Shown: one piece after another, positions 28,925-38,980 of the stretch
Layout of the letters: every line of letters starts with the position of its first letter
Position numbering within the stretch: the first letter of the stretch is position 1
Assembly: GCA_036676985.1 (NCBI GenBank)
Contig: JAKFBU010000028.1
Location: forward strand, 27,664-91,663
Length of the DNA: 64,000 nt
Direction of reading: 5' to 3'
Source: Candidatus Sericytochromatia bacterium
GTDB taxonomy: Bacteria > Cyanobacteriota > Sericytochromatia > S15B-MN24 > UBA4093
Notes under the pieces: generated by a model
Database searches by the model: none
Told to the model about the DNA's origin: nothing
The model's input: only the letters and a program-made list of their open reading frames with translations
Made by a program: the position numbers and the translations under genes

Positions 28925-29803
28925 ATGGCAAGAATGGTGCGGTGCGGCTTGATTCAGGCTGCCAACGTCGAAAAGGACACCTCCAAGCCCATCGAGCAGA
29001 TCAAGAAGGCGATGATCGATCGCCACGTGGAGATGATCCACGACGCCGGCAAGAAGGGCGTCCAGATCCTCTGCCTCCAGGAGATTTTCTACGGCCCGTA
29101 CTTCTGCGCCGAGCAGGAGACCCGGTGGTACGAGTCGGCCGAGCGGATCCCCGACGGCCCCACCACCAAGCTCATGCAGGAGCTCGCCAAGGCCTACCAG
29201 ATGGTCATCATCGTGCCCATCTACGAGGAGGAGATGACGGGCGTCTACTACAACACGGCGGCGGTCATCGACGCGGACGGCAAGTACCTCGGCAAGTACC
29301 GCAAGCAGCACATCCCCCACTGCCAGCCCGGCTTCTGGGAGAAGTTCTACTTCAAGCCCGGCAACATGGGCTACCCGACCTTCAAGACCCGCTACGGCAC
29401 GGTCGGTGTCTACATCTGCTACGATCGCCACTTCCCCGAAGGCGCGCGCCTGCTGGGCCTCAACGGCGCCGAGATCGTCTTCAACCCGTCGGCGACGGTG
29501 GCGGGCCTCTCGGAGTACCTCTGGAAGCTCGAACAGCCGGCCCATGCCGTGGCCAACGGCTACTTCGTCGGCGCCATCAACCGGGTGGGCACCGAGGCCC
29601 CCTGGAACATCGGCGAGTTCTACGGCCAGAGCTACTTCTGCGATCCGCGCGGGCAGATCGTCGCCCAGGCGAGCCGCGACCAGGACGAGCTCGTGGTGGC
29701 GGACCTGGACCTCGACATGATCAAGGACGTCCGCAACACCTGGCAGTTCTACCGGGACCGCCGTCCCGAGACCTACCAGGACATGGCGCACCTCCTGCCC
29801 TAG
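28925..29803 (+). CDS. Nitrilase-family C-N hydrolase (beta-ureidopropionase / N-carbamoylputrescine amidase-like)
   Basis: LQEIF, YRKQHIP and ICYDRHFPE (Glu-Lys-Cys triad). Confidence 0.92.
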   Translation: MARMVRCGLIQAANVEKDTSKPIEQIKKAMIDRHVEMIHDAGKKGVQILCLQEIFYGPYFCAEQETRWYESAERIPDGPTTKLMQELAKAYQMVIIVPIYEEEMTGVYYNTAAVIDADGKYLGKYRKQHIPHCQPGFWEKFYFKPGNMGYPTFKTRYGTVGVYICYDRHFPEGARLLGLNGAEIVFNPSATVAGLSEYLWKLEQPAHAVANGYFVGAINRVGTEAPWNIGEFYGQSYFCDPRGQIVAQASRDQDELVVADLDLDMIKDVRNTWQFYRDRRPETYQDMAHLLP

Positions 29804-29845
29804 TCGCTCCTCCGTTGGGCGCCCCCGGCTCGCCGGGGGCGCCCT

Positions 29846-30439
29846 TCACTTGTCGGCCCGGAGACTCTCCACCGAGCAGAGGGTGGGCTTGCCGCGGGCC
29901 GTGCGCATGACGCAGCGGCCGCCCGCGATCACCACGACCGTGTGGTCCTTGGGGCAGAAGAGCTCGGTGTCCGTGCGTCCCCGGTACGTCAGCCGGCTGC
30001 CGCAGGTGGGGCAGTGGTAGCTGCTGACGTGGCGGCGGGTCCGGACGGTGTCGAGGACCTCCTCGATGCGCTGGACGTACGTCTCGACCTCGTCCGGAAA
30101 GGCGAGGAACAAGTCGTAGTCGATGCCCGGAGGCATGTAGTCCTCCTTGATCGAGTCCCCGATGATGACGAAGGGGATCAGGTTCAGGGGCGGGTAGGTC
30201 GAGAGCTCCAGGAGCTCCTTGAAGCCCGTCACCTCCTCGTCGGGGTGCGTGATGGGCCGGTCCTGGGCGATTTGCCGCCGGTCCAGCCCGAAGACCATCA
30301 CGTTGGGGTCGAACCGCCGCAGTTCGTGGCTGTCGAGCGGCGGCGAGTAGATGCGCACGTCGTGCCCGCGCGCCTGCAGCGGCGCGGCGAGCATCTCGGC
30401 GAGGGTGTGATAGCCGTCGATGACCGCGATCTTGGGCAT
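29846..30439 (-). CDS. Atypical receiver-like domain plus zinc ribbon
   Basis: KIAVIDG...L..RGHDV receiver-like start without an evident phospho-Asp; CPTCG...LFCPKDH. Confidence 0.65.
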   Translation of the reverse strand: MPKIAVIDGYHTLAEMLAAPLQARGHDVRIYSPPLDSHELRRFDPNVMVFGLDRRQIAQDRPITHPDEEVTGFKELLELSTYPPLNLIPFVIIGDSIKEDYMPPGIDYDLFLAFPDEVETYVQRIEEVLDTVRTRRHVSSYHCPTCGSRLTYRGRTDTELFCPKDHTVVVIAGGRCVMRTARGKPTLCSVESLRADK

Positions 30440-30597
30440 GCCGGTTCCTCGTCCCCGAAAGGGTGGCCGTCATGGTGAGCCTGTATCGCCGGAATGTCAC
30501 CAGTCGGGCGAGGCCGCGACAAGCGAAGGTTTAACGTCCGGATAACCGAGTTTGGGCGATGGCGGGCCGATAACCATGGGGTCGCAAGGAGGTTCTC

Positions 30598-31749
30598 ATG
30601 CCCGACTTCTCGCTGCCCTCGATCTCGCTGCCCAAGCTGTCGCTGCCGAAGGTCTCGTTGCCCGGCAAGGACCGCTTGCTGCAGGAGACGCTCGAGGCCT
30701 ATCACGGCGCGGTGGAGCGGATGGACTCCTTCGATCGCTTCACCCCGAGCCAGGCGGCCAAGGCGAGCCAGGGCTCGCGGCTGCGCGCCATGAGCTACAA
30801 CGTCATGCTCGGCGGCAAGGACTACGCGGGCGTGCTCGCCACCATCCGCAAGGCCAATCCCGACGTGGCGGGGCTGCAGGAGGTCTCGCGGTCGAACGCG
30901 GAGCGGCTCGCCAAGGATCTCGGCATGCACGTGGCATTCTATGGAGAACGCAAAGCCCCCTTCCAGGAGCCCGTGGGCAAGGCCATCCTGAGCAAGCACC
31001 CGCTCGAGACCGCCCGCCATGACCTGATGGGCGAGTCCAAGGACCACTGGGAGGCCATCAAGCGCTACTCCGCAAGCTCCGGCAAGAGCCTCAAGGACGC
31101 CATCCTCCACACGGAGCTCGGTTCGCGTCGGGGCGTGCTGGAGGCGACCTTCGAGGCGGGCGGCAAGAAGTTCGCCATGCTCGACACCCACCTGACGCTC
31201 AAGGACGCGCAGCTGAACGGCCGGCAGGTCGCCGAGCTCGATCGCCGTGCCAAGGAACTCGAGGCCAAGGGCTACGAGGTCCTCCTGGTGGGCGACTTCA
31301 ACACCAATCTTTCCCTCAAGGGCGGCAAGACCACGGATGGCAAGGCCTTCGCGGATCAGACGGACACGGTCGCGGAGTGGAAGCAGCGCTACGGTCATCC
31401 GAATGCGGGCAACATCGCCAACGCCGATAACATGCGCGCGGCGGATGGGCTGCGGGGCACGTTGCAGTCGGCCTGGGAGACGAGCGACAAGCGCTACTCC
31501 GTGACGACCCGAGACGCCGAGCTCACGCCCGAGGAGGCGCGGGCGCTGTTGGCCGAGGGCAAGGCGAAGCCCGGCTCCGAGGAGTGGAAGGTGCTCGCCT
31601 CGGCGGCGGACGGCGTGACGCACCTGGGGGCTGCCAAGCGTTTCGACAACATCCTGGTCTCGCAGGACCTGCACGTGACGGAGGCCGCCATCGACATGGT
31701 CTCCAAGGCCTCGGACCACCAGGCGGTGATCGCAGACCTCGCGTGGTAG
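30598..31749 (+). CDS. Endonuclease/exonuclease/phosphatase (EEP) family protein
   Basis: MSYNV, LQEV, AILSK, DTHL, VGDFN, FDNI and SDH motifs; AAGGAGG RBS. Confidence 0.9.
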   Translation: MPDFSLPSISLPKLSLPKVSLPGKDRLLQETLEAYHGAVERMDSFDRFTPSQAAKASQGSRLRAMSYNVMLGGKDYAGVLATIRKANPDVAGLQEVSRSNAERLAKDLGMHVAFYGERKAPFQEPVGKAILSKHPLETARHDLMGESKDHWEAIKRYSASSGKSLKDAILHTELGSRRGVLEATFEAGGKKFAMLDTHLTLKDAQLNGRQVAELDRRAKELEAKGYEVLLVGDFNTNLSLKGGKTTDGKAFADQTDTVAEWKQRYGHPNAGNIANADNMRAADGLRGTLQSAWETSDKRYSVTTRDAELTPEEARALLAEGKAKPGSEEWKVLASAADGVTHLGAAKRFDNILVSQDLHVTEAAIDMVSKASDHQAVIADLAW

Positions 31750-31759
31750 GGACGGATCG

Positions 31760-31796
31760 AAAAAGGGCTCGGCCAGACGGCCGAGCCCTTTTTTTG
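31760..31796. terminator. Bidirectional intrinsic terminator
   Basis: aaaaagggctcggcc-agac-ggccgagccctttttt between convergent genes. Confidence 0.85.
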
Positions 31797-31809
31797 ATCC
31801 GATGACTTC

Positions 31810-33255
31810 CTACTCCACCATCGCCGGGACCATGATCGAGTCGGTCATGCCGTGAATGGCCTTCTTGTCGGCCGGGCAGACCGTGACCAGGACGCCCGAG
31901 AGCTGGGCCTGGTCGCCCTCGACGTAGTAGTAGGGGCAGAGCCGCGCGCGGCCGTCGAACGTCCGCACCTCGCCCCGGTGGAAGTCGTAGTAACGGCTCT
32001 GCACCTTGGCGGGCTTGTGGTACTCCTGCAGCAGGTACGGCGTGTCGGGGAAGCTCGCGAGCGCCTTGTCGAGGCGCTCGGTCCACTCTTCGACGGGCAG
32101 GTCGCTGCCGAAGGAGATGCCGCGGCTGCCCCAGGCGAGCTCCGAGAAGCCGGAGGGCTTGAGGACGTAGTCCCGCTGCTTCTTGGTGGTCTGGACCAGC
32201 TGCCGGAAGTCGTTCACGGGCTTGCCGTCGATGGTGAGCCCCGGGATCACCCCGTGCGGGGGCATGGGACGCGGATCGACGATCCAGGTGCGGGGCAGGA
32301 GCCGCTCCAGGGCGTAGAAGCCCTCCTGGCCCAGCTCCTGGGTCCAGTAGTCCCGGAGCATGGGGTGGTGGAAGAGGCCGAAGAGCATCTTCTCCTCGAG
32401 GAAGGTCTTGAAGGGCGGCGTCACCACGACCTGCTGCTTCTTGGCGGCGTACATCAAGAGCTCGGTCTTGGGCACGTTCTTGAGGTCGAAGAGCTCGAAG
32501 AAGCGGTAGACGACGTCGATCTTGGTGCCGTCGTGGTAGAAGGCGTCGTCCGCGTAGCGCAGCTCCTCGGGGCGGACCACCCGCGACTTGAGGAGGCCCT
32601 TGGCGTTGAGCGCCTGGCTGACGTAGACCATCTCGAACCAGTAGTCGCTCGACTCCTGGGAGATGACGATGGCGACCTCGGGGTCGGCCACCTCCGGCGC
32701 CTGGGCGCGGATCATGCCGGCGAAGCCCCGCAGCAGGCCGTCCTGGCCGCCGATCACGTCGAAGCCCAGGTGCGTGTACTGGTCGGAGAGGCTCGCGACG
32801 AAGCCCTGGCCGCCCGGGATGGAGTCGAGCTCGCAGGCGATCGCCCGCCCGTCCTCGGTGAAGATGAGGTCGGGCCGGATCACCGCCGGCATGAGCCGCT
32901 TCTGGCGGTTCATGCGCTGGAAGTCGACGAGGGCCTGCGGCTTGCCCTGGTCCAGGTACTCGGCGACCCACGGCGCGCGGCTGCCCTTGGCGCTCTCGTA
33001 GTAGAGCTTGTTGGCGGCCTGATAGAAGCGCAAGAGGTGGTTGCCCAGGCTCTTGAGGTAGAGGTAGGTGCCCTTGGAGATGCAGAAGGGCTCGGGCGAG
33101 ATGCGCCAGGGAATGTTGCTCGCCGGGTGCGGCGGGTTGGCGTCGCTCTTGAAGATGGGATCCCCCGCCGCACGGCGGTTGAGCTCAAGGCAGGCCTCGA
33201 CGGGGTCGGTCGGGGCGGGCTTCAAGGCGCAGTTCCCTACGATGCTCTGGCTCAT
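31810..33255 (-). CDS. Circularly permuted ATP-grasp / glutathionylspermidine-synthase-like ligase
   Basis: IRPDL...CELDSIPGG, VYRFFELFD, EEK, LPRTW, YVLKPSG..AWGSRG and LLQEY. Confidence 0.7.
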   Translation of the reverse strand: MSQSIVGNCALKPAPTDPVEACLELNRRAAGDPIFKSDANPPHPASNIPWRISPEPFCISKGTYLYLKSLGNHLLRFYQAANKLYYESAKGSRAPWVAEYLDQGKPQALVDFQRMNRQKRLMPAVIRPDLIFTEDGRAIACELDSIPGGQGFVASLSDQYTHLGFDVIGGQDGLLRGFAGMIRAQAPEVADPEVAIVISQESSDYWFEMVYVSQALNAKGLLKSRVVRPEELRYADDAFYHDGTKIDVVYRFFELFDLKNVPKTELLMYAAKKQQVVVTPPFKTFLEEKMLFGLFHHPMLRDYWTQELGQEGFYALERLLPRTWIVDPRPMPPHGVIPGLTIDGKPVNDFRQLVQTTKKQRDYVLKPSGFSELAWGSRGISFGSDLPVEEWTERLDKALASFPDTPYLLQEYHKPAKVQSRYYDFHRGEVRTFDGRARLCPYYYVEGDQAQLSGVLVTVCPADKKAIHGMTDSIMVPAMVE

Positions 33256-33261
33256 GCCGAC

Positions 33262-33573
33262 CTACTGTCCGGCGCCGGTGGCGCGGGCGATGGCCCACGC
33301 CCCCAGGGCGACGACCAGGACCAGGATCAGGATGATGCCGAACCAGGAGTCCTTGCCCTCGGACGCCTCGTCGCCGAAGTCGTTGCCCTCGATGCCGACC
33401 GTGTCGATATCGGAGGCCTTGAAGCCTTCCTGGGCGCTCGGCGGCGGAATCGTCACGCCGGTGTACTGCGGGGCCTGAAGGTAGTTGGCCTTGGCCTCCG
33501 TGACCATCACCGCGCCGCAGTGCTTGCAGAATTTGGCGTTCTCTTTGAAGCCGCAAGTCGGACAGATCATCAT
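33262..33573 (-). CDS. Small zinc-ribbon membrane protein
   Basis: CPTCG..NAKFCKHCG and a C-terminal TM helix; 6 nt before the ATP-grasp gene. Confidence 0.75.
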   Translation of the reverse strand: MMICPTCGFKENAKFCKHCGAVMVTEAKANYLQAPQYTGVTIPPPSAQEGFKASDIDTVGIEGNDFGDEASEGKDSWFGIILILVLVVALGAWAIARATGAGQ

Positions 33574-33667
33574 CGCTTCGAAATCCTCAAGGCATGCCGG
33601 GAAGTAACCCATTATCGACGATCTGGCCGTGTCTGGCTAGAGGGCGCGCCGTGAGGGGCTGGAAGCC

Positions 33668-34123
33668 TCAGAGGATGACGACGTTGGGCGGCAGGAGTAC
33701 CGAAGAAGCAGGCCAGACTGCCCGGCAGCCGTGGGTGTCCACCACGAACCGCGCGATGCTCTGATAAGTGCCGCCGCCCGAGTCGGAGACCGTGACGTAG
33801 ACCCGGTACTCGCCCCACAGGGAGGGCGGCTGGTAGGCCGTGTAGCTCTGGGCGATAGAGCCGCTCGCGAGCGGGACGCTCTCGCTGGCCACCGAGAGGA
33901 GGCCGCCGTTGGTCTGCCACTGGAAGTTGAGGGTCCCTTGCCCGCTCGCGGTGGCGAGCAGCTCGAAGGGGCCGTTCGGCGTCTGGGGCCGGGGGAAGAC
34001 CTCGAGCCGCGTGACGATGGGGTTCTGCTCGCGCGGCGGCCCCACCTGGAGACCCCAGTCGGGCGCGCAGCCCGCCCCCAGGCTCAGTGCGATCGCCATC
34101 CCCCCCACCACGCGTCGACGCAT
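33668..34123 (-). CDS. Hypothetical lipoprotein (Ig/PKD-like)
   Basis: GAGC lipobox; FQWQTNGG and YRVYVTVSD; AGGAGG RBS. Confidence 0.65.
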   Translation of the reverse strand: MRRRVVGGMAIALSLGAGCAPDWGLQVGPPREQNPIVTRLEVFPRPQTPNGPFELLATASGQGTLNFQWQTNGGLLSVASESVPLASGSIAQSYTAYQPPSLWGEYRVYVTVSDSGGGTYQSIARFVVDTHGCRAVWPASSVLLPPNVVIL

Positions 34124-34268
34124 GCCGTTCCCTCCTGGCAACCAAGGCTTTCCCAGGGAGCACCAGGCTCACCGTAGCGCCGGAGGCGGCGGGGGGGCTA
34201 GGGCAAGTTGGCCGAAAACGGCCGCCGCCCCGGAACAACCGTTCCGGGGCGGCGAGGTCGAAAAGGGG

Positions 34269-34751
34269 CTAGTACATGGACATCATGTCGCGGCCGCGGG
34301 CCATGTTCTGGTCCTGGCCGAGGGGGTTCTGGAACGCCTGTTGCTGCTGGGACTGCTGGCTGAAGCCCGAGGCCTCCATGCCGGCCGCCTGGGCGATGGT
34401 CTCGATCTGCTTCTTGAGGTCGTCGAGCTTCTTGGCGATCTCCAGGGCCGCGGCCCCCGAGGTACCGCCCTGCCCACCGCCGCCCGCGGCCCCGATGCCC
34501 TGGCCGGCGTCCGACGGCGCGATGTCGGCCGTCTGCTGCAGCTGGGCGAGCTGCGCCTGGAGGGCGCGCAGGGCCTCGGGGTTGGCGCCGTTCGCGATCG
34601 CGTTCTTGACCAGCTCCTCGAGCTGCCGGACCTTCTGCTCGAGGTCGGCGCCGGCCTCCTGCATGCGCTGGAGGTCGGGCCCGCCCTGCTTGGCCTGCAG
34701 GCCCTGGAGCCGTTGCAGCCCGCCGCCGCCGGAAATGCCTTCGATGCCCAT
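34269..34751 (-). CDS. Hypothetical Gln/Gly-rich coiled-coil protein
   Basis: AAGGAGG RBS; MGIEGISGGGG N-terminus; host codon use. Confidence 0.7.
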   Translation of the reverse strand: MGIEGISGGGGLQRLQGLQAKQGGPDLQRMQEAGADLEQKVRQLEELVKNAIANGANPEALRALQAQLAQLQQTADIAPSDAGQGIGAAGGGGQGGTSGAAALEIAKKLDDLKKQIETIAQAAGMEASGFSQQSQQQQAFQNPLGQDQNMARGRDMMSMY

Positions 34752-34872
34752 GGGTCCTCCTTCGCAAGCGTACGAGGATGTTATCCCGCCCGCCGGGCGC
34801 CGGGTTGCCGCCTGGTCGATAAGTGTTCGTTGGAGGCATGTTAAATCTTCGTTCGGCTGCTAGGATGAAGGC

Positions 34873-35523
34873 ATGATCCTCGTGCGAACGCTACAAGTCG
34901 GCATGCCCCGCACCTTCGGAGATCCGGACGCCCGGGACCCGGAGGACCGCCCGTGGACGAGCGGCATCGTCAAGGATCCGGTCGAGGGCCCCGTCTGGCT
35001 GCATGCCACCCACTTCGAGGGGGACGGCCAGGCCGACCTCAAGCACCACGGCGGCCCCGAGATGGCCGTGCTCGCCTACTGCGCCGAGCATTACCCCGCG
35101 TGGCACGCGGAGCTCGACCCGTTGCGGCTGCCCTTCGGGGCCTTCGGAGAGAACCTCACGGTCACGGGCCTCAGCGAGGAGACCGTGAGCATCGGGGACA
35201 CGTTCGAACTGGGAGGGGCCATCGTCCAGGTCTCCCAGCCCCGCTCGCCGTGCTGGAAGCTCGCGCGTCGCTGGAACGTGCCGGACCTGGTCGCCCGCGT
35301 CCAGCGGACCGGCCGGTCGGGCTGGTACCTGCGCGTGCTGAAGGAGGGGCTCGTGGCCCCGGGTCAGGAGATGGTGCTCGTGGAGCGGCCGTTTCCGCGC
35401 TTCACCGTCGCCCTCGTCACCCGGGCGGCGGTCTCGCCGCAGGACTTCGCGGAGGCGTCGGAGCTTGCGGCCTGCCCGCTCCTGTCGGAGACGTGGCGAC
35501 GCCGGGTCGGCCGGGCTACCTGA
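34873..35523 (+). CDS. MOSC domain protein (YiiM-like)
   Basis: GDGQAD..HHGG, FGENL, SQPRSPCWKL and SGWYLRVL.EG. Confidence 0.92.
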   Translation: MILVRTLQVGMPRTFGDPDARDPEDRPWTSGIVKDPVEGPVWLHATHFEGDGQADLKHHGGPEMAVLAYCAEHYPAWHAELDPLRLPFGAFGENLTVTGLSEETVSIGDTFELGGAIVQVSQPRSPCWKLARRWNVPDLVARVQRTGRSGWYLRVLKEGLVAPGQEMVLVERPFPRFTVALVTRAAVSPQDFAEASELAACPLLSETWRRRVGRAT

Positions 35524-35580
35524 GGTCCGGATTCAGGAGCTAGAAGGCGCCAACCGAAGGACTTTCGGACGGACGCGAAA

Positions 35581-35610
35581 CAGGGCGCGGTTTGTCCGCG
35601 CCCTGCTTTT
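35581..35610. terminator. Intrinsic terminator hairpin
   Basis: cagggcgcgg-tttgt-ccgcgccctg; same stem as 43015-43042. Confidence 0.7.
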
Positions 35611-35622
35611 CCTAGGCCAACG

Positions 35623-36219
35623 TTACCACCAGAAGCGGCCGAAGCGGGCGTGGTACGGATAGTAGTAGGAGCCGTAGTTGAGGTAGTACGGATAGCTGTA
35701 GTAGGGGGCGGCGTAGGCGTAGACCGGGTAGTAGTAGCCGGCCGACTGATAGTAGGGATAGTACAGCGTGCCGATGTTGATGTAACGGAACGGATAGGCA
35801 TAGCCATAGGCCAACGCGCCGTAGCCGAGGCCGCCGTAACCATAGGCACCGTAGCCGAGGCCGCCGTAGCCGAAGCCGCCATAGGCGGAGCCGCAGACGT
35901 CACACGGGTTAGCGTCGTAGCCACCGTAGCCACCGTAGTCCTTGCCGCCTTGGACCGCACGGCTGGACTGGTTACCCGTGAGCGACGCCTTGAGCCTGTT
36001 GGCCGGCAGGTCGACCAAGATGCGATCGCCTTCCGCCTTGGTCAGCATCTTGGGAAGCCTCGCCTGGAGCTGCTCCATGGTCGTCGAGCCGTCGGCCAGG
36101 ACGGACCGACTGGTCATGACGGGATCCATCGAGACCGGCTCGTTCGCGGTGGGGGCGGCGGTGGAACAGCCGGCTGCCATGATCGAGATCGCGGTCACGA
36201 GGAACGTCGAGCGCTTCAT
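35623..36219 (-). CDS. Lipoprotein with Tyr/Gly-rich C-terminal tail (paralog A)
   Basis: AAGC lipobox; RSVLADG..T..QL...LPK.LT.AEGDR.LVDLPA shared with 42537; YG/YP-rich tail ending FWW. Confidence 0.85.
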   Translation of the reverse strand: MKRSTFLVTAISIMAAGCSTAAPTANEPVSMDPVMTSRSVLADGSTTMEQLQARLPKMLTKAEGDRILVDLPANRLKASLTGNQSSRAVQGGKDYGGYGGYDANPCDVCGSAYGGFGYGGLGYGAYGYGGLGYGALAYGYAYPFRYINIGTLYYPYYQSAGYYYPVYAYAAPYYSYPYYLNYGSYYYPYHARFGRFWW

Positions 36220-36266
36220 TACTTAACCTCCTTTGCCCGCAGGCGTTCCGTGCCTTCCCTGAGGCT

Positions 36267-36300
36267 TTGACCTGCGAGCGACTTTATGAAACGAGGTCAA
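36267..36300. promoter_or_regulatory. Dyad TTGACCT-N20-AGGTCAA upstream of paralog A
   Basis: Perfect 7-bp inverted repeat; a similar element with identical spacing lies upstream of paralog B. Confidence 0.5.
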
Positions 36301-36564
36301 GTCTAGTAAGAGCAGGGGCTGACTACAACAGATGGTTCACCGCTCGTAGAGCGAGCCCTCCTTGAGCGGGGCGTCGGCCATGCGCAGCAAAGCCGGTCGA
36401 ACTCCTGCCCGGCGAAATGCGACGCCACCAACTTTCTGCTGCAAACCGCCGGGGCCCGGCGATCAAGTGCCGGGTTGCGCCACAAGCGCTCGCTCGGCCC
36501 AGGGACTGGAGGCCATCGGGTCAAAAGCGAGGGACCGCGCCGGAGGTCGGCACGAAGCGCGCGG

Positions 36565-38229
36565 TTAGATGTGTCGGCCCTTGAAGCGATCGACCTTCGG
36601 TTGGGGCATGAGGACCGCTTGGTCCTGATCGCGCGCCGCGGCCTTTTCGACGCCGAAGTAGTCCAGCCACTCGCGCGGAGCGTCGATGGTCTCGCCGCCG
36701 TGGGTGGTATGGCGCGGCCGCACCTGGCACAGGACCGGCGTGTTGGTGGCGACCCCCGCCACGATGACCTGGCCCTTGGTGAGGGCGGGCAGCTCGTCGA
36801 GCAGGTCGCGGCCCGCGCCCTCGACGGAGCTTGCGATCGTCTGCTGGTCCAGCGGGTTGACGATGCGCATGATGAACTGCGTCATGCACTGCGAGAGCAC
36901 GTCGCTGTCCAGCTTGCCGGGACGCTGGGTGATGAGTCCGATGCCCACGCCGAACTTGCGGCCCTCGGCGAGGATGGTCTTGAGGATGGGGGTCGTGAGA
37001 ACGGTGGCGCCCGCCGGCGCGAAGCGGTGCGCCTCCTCGAGCAGGATGAAGACGGGGTAGGGGATGTGCTCCTCCTCGCCCACGTGCGTCTTGCCGTTCT
37101 TGGTGTTCATGCGGGCGCGGTTGATGCGGCGCAACAGGGTGGCCACGATCACCTGCTGGAGGTCCTGGTCGATCTCGTTGAGCTGGATGACCGTGACCTT
37201 GCCCGGCTCGAAGATGGTGGGCAGCGGCAGGTGGTCCCGGTCGTCGAAGATCTTGTTGCGGCCGAAGCGCTCCTCGAGCCGCCAGCGCAGGCCCTCGATC
37301 GTGCTCGCATTGGAGGCGGGGTCGCCGTTCTCCATGGCCTCCTCGATGAGCGTGTTCAGCGCGGCCAACAGGTCCCGGAGACCCCACAGGTGCCCGTCCC
37401 CCTTGCGGTCCTTGACGATGTCGAAGGCCTTGTTGAGGAAGGCGTGCATCTTGTCGGAGAGGTTGGGCAGTAGGCCCTTGATCTCGCCCGGCGAGAGGCT
37501 CGACATGCGCACGCGCACCTGATCGTGCGGGATGAGGTGGGTCGTTGGGCGGTAGCCGCCGTCCCGGAACGCCGGATGCGTCTCGAACTCGCTGAAGGTG
37601 TGGTACTCGCCGTGCGGATCGATGACGAGCACCGAGGCGCGGTTATACGGGCTCAAGAGCTCCTCGATGAGCACGCCCGCCGTGTAGCTCTTGCCCGAGC
37701 CCGTGGAGGCCAGGATGGCGAGGTGGGTCGAGACGAGGTTCTTGACGTCGAGCACCACGGGGACCTCGCCCACCGGGCGGGTCAACAGGGAGCCCAGGTG
37801 TGCCGAGCCTGCAGCCCCCACGGTCTTGGGGCTGAGGACCTCGGTGAGCAGTTCATTGGAGGCGAGGTAGACCCGGCAGCCCGGATCGGGCATTAGGCGC
37901 GGGTTCACGAAGCCCTTGAGCTTGGGATCGAAGTAGCCCGCGATCGCCGCGGTCACCTCGTACAGCTCGGGCGAGGCCATGTCGAAGCCGATGAGCTCGG
38001 CGACCTCGCCGGGCGCGATGTGCGGGTCGGCGAGGAAGGAGTCGGGCAGGGTGCGGATGATGGCCTTCTCGGTGATCTTGCCGAGGATGTGGCGCACGGT
38101 GCCGTCCACTGTCACGGGGTAGTAGACGAACTCCCCGACCTTGCTGCTGGCGTTGTCCGGCGTGATGAAGCGGTACTCGTGGGCGGACTCGCCCGGTCCC
38201 TTGACGGTGCCGATCAGCAGATCGCTCAT
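36565..38229 (-). CDS. herA: HerA-family ATPase/helicase
   Basis: N-terminal HAS-barrel-like region; HLAILASTGSGKS, VIDPHGEY, LEEAHRF, EGRKFG, TQRP and SQC; ATGA overlap with the upstream gene. Confidence 0.9.
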   Translation of the reverse strand: MSDLLIGTVKGPGESAHEYRFITPDNASSKVGEFVYYPVTVDGTVRHILGKITEKAIIRTLPDSFLADPHIAPGEVAELIGFDMASPELYEVTAAIAGYFDPKLKGFVNPRLMPDPGCRVYLASNELLTEVLSPKTVGAAGSAHLGSLLTRPVGEVPVVLDVKNLVSTHLAILASTGSGKSYTAGVLIEELLSPYNRASVLVIDPHGEYHTFSEFETHPAFRDGGYRPTTHLIPHDQVRVRMSSLSPGEIKGLLPNLSDKMHAFLNKAFDIVKDRKGDGHLWGLRDLLAALNTLIEEAMENGDPASNASTIEGLRWRLEERFGRNKIFDDRDHLPLPTIFEPGKVTVIQLNEIDQDLQQVIVATLLRRINRARMNTKNGKTHVGEEEHIPYPVFILLEEAHRFAPAGATVLTTPILKTILAEGRKFGVGIGLITQRPGKLDSDVLSQCMTQFIMRIVNPLDQQTIASSVEGAGRDLLDELPALTKGQVIVAGVATNTPVLCQVRPRHTTHGGETIDAPREWLDYFGVEKAAARDQDQAVLMPQPKVDRFKGRHI

Positions 38230-38801
38230 CGCATGGCTCCGATCGTGCGCTGCCAGTTGAGCGCGTTGCGCAGCACCCCGAGGCGCGCGCGCTCTTCGGG
38301 GCACAGCTCGTTGAGGCGGTCCAGGACGGACAAGAGGAGGGTCATGGCGGCAGGACCGCCGTGGGACTGGACGAGCGGCATGTAGCGCAGCTGCATGCGG
38401 CTGGACGGATCGCGGTGGAAGCGCACGAAGTCCTCGTCGGGCAGCGTCTCGACCTCGGAGTGCACGGGCAGGACCTCGCGGGGCATGCCCTGCATGCCGT
38501 GCCCGCCCTCGAAGTAGCCGAGGATCAGGAGGTTCACGAGGGTGGCCTGCTCGTTGAGGAGATCGGGGGTGAAGACCCGGATCTCGGCGGGCGAACTGCT
38601 GAGGCGGGGCCCGAAGTTGCCGAAGTCGGGGTTCTGGAGCTGGCTGTCGTAGATGATGCCGACGGCGTCCCCCTCGAGGCGCACGAAGCGCCCGAAGGCG
38701 TAATTCGAGGGCTCGGGCGGACGCGGCACCTCGGACGGGTTGTAGATCTGGCAGACGTAGTCGAGGTGCGATCGCGAGGTCACGATCTTGCCGATGCGCA
38801 C
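38226..38801 (-). CDS. HAS-barrel-like protein associated with HerA
   Basis: MRIGKIV..., FGRFV and beta-rich N-terminus; GTG start with AAGGAGG; coupled to herA. Confidence 0.65.
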   Translation of the reverse strand: MRIGKIVTSRSHLDYVCQIYNPSEVPRPPEPSNYAFGRFVRLEGDAVGIIYDSQLQNPDFGNFGPRLSSSPAEIRVFTPDLLNEQATLVNLLILGYFEGGHGMQGMPREVLPVHSEVETLPDEDFVRFHRDPSSRMQLRYMPLVQSHGGPAAMTLLLSVLDRLNELCPEERARLGVLRNALNWQRTIGAMR

Positions 38802-38980
38802 GAAAGCCGCCTCCTTCTTCCCTTGCTCGCACGATCACCATACGCTGTCTCGGCAGCCGGATCAAGCCCGGGTGCTGCGGGATTTGACGGGCCGGCGTCC
38901 GCCGAATTGCCTATTTACGCGCCTTTGGCAGTTGCGGTACAACGAAAAGCGCACAGCGGTCTGCATTTGAGGAGGAAATC

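Noticed and set aside
36305-36560. Possible riboswitch or ncRNA in the intergenic region
   Set aside because: I could not match a known aptamer consensus by eye; an Rfam scan is needed
38230-38865. N-terminal extension of herA (766-aa ORF)
   Set aside because: Overlaps the HAS-barrel gene in another frame; the coupled ATGA start at 38229 is more plausible
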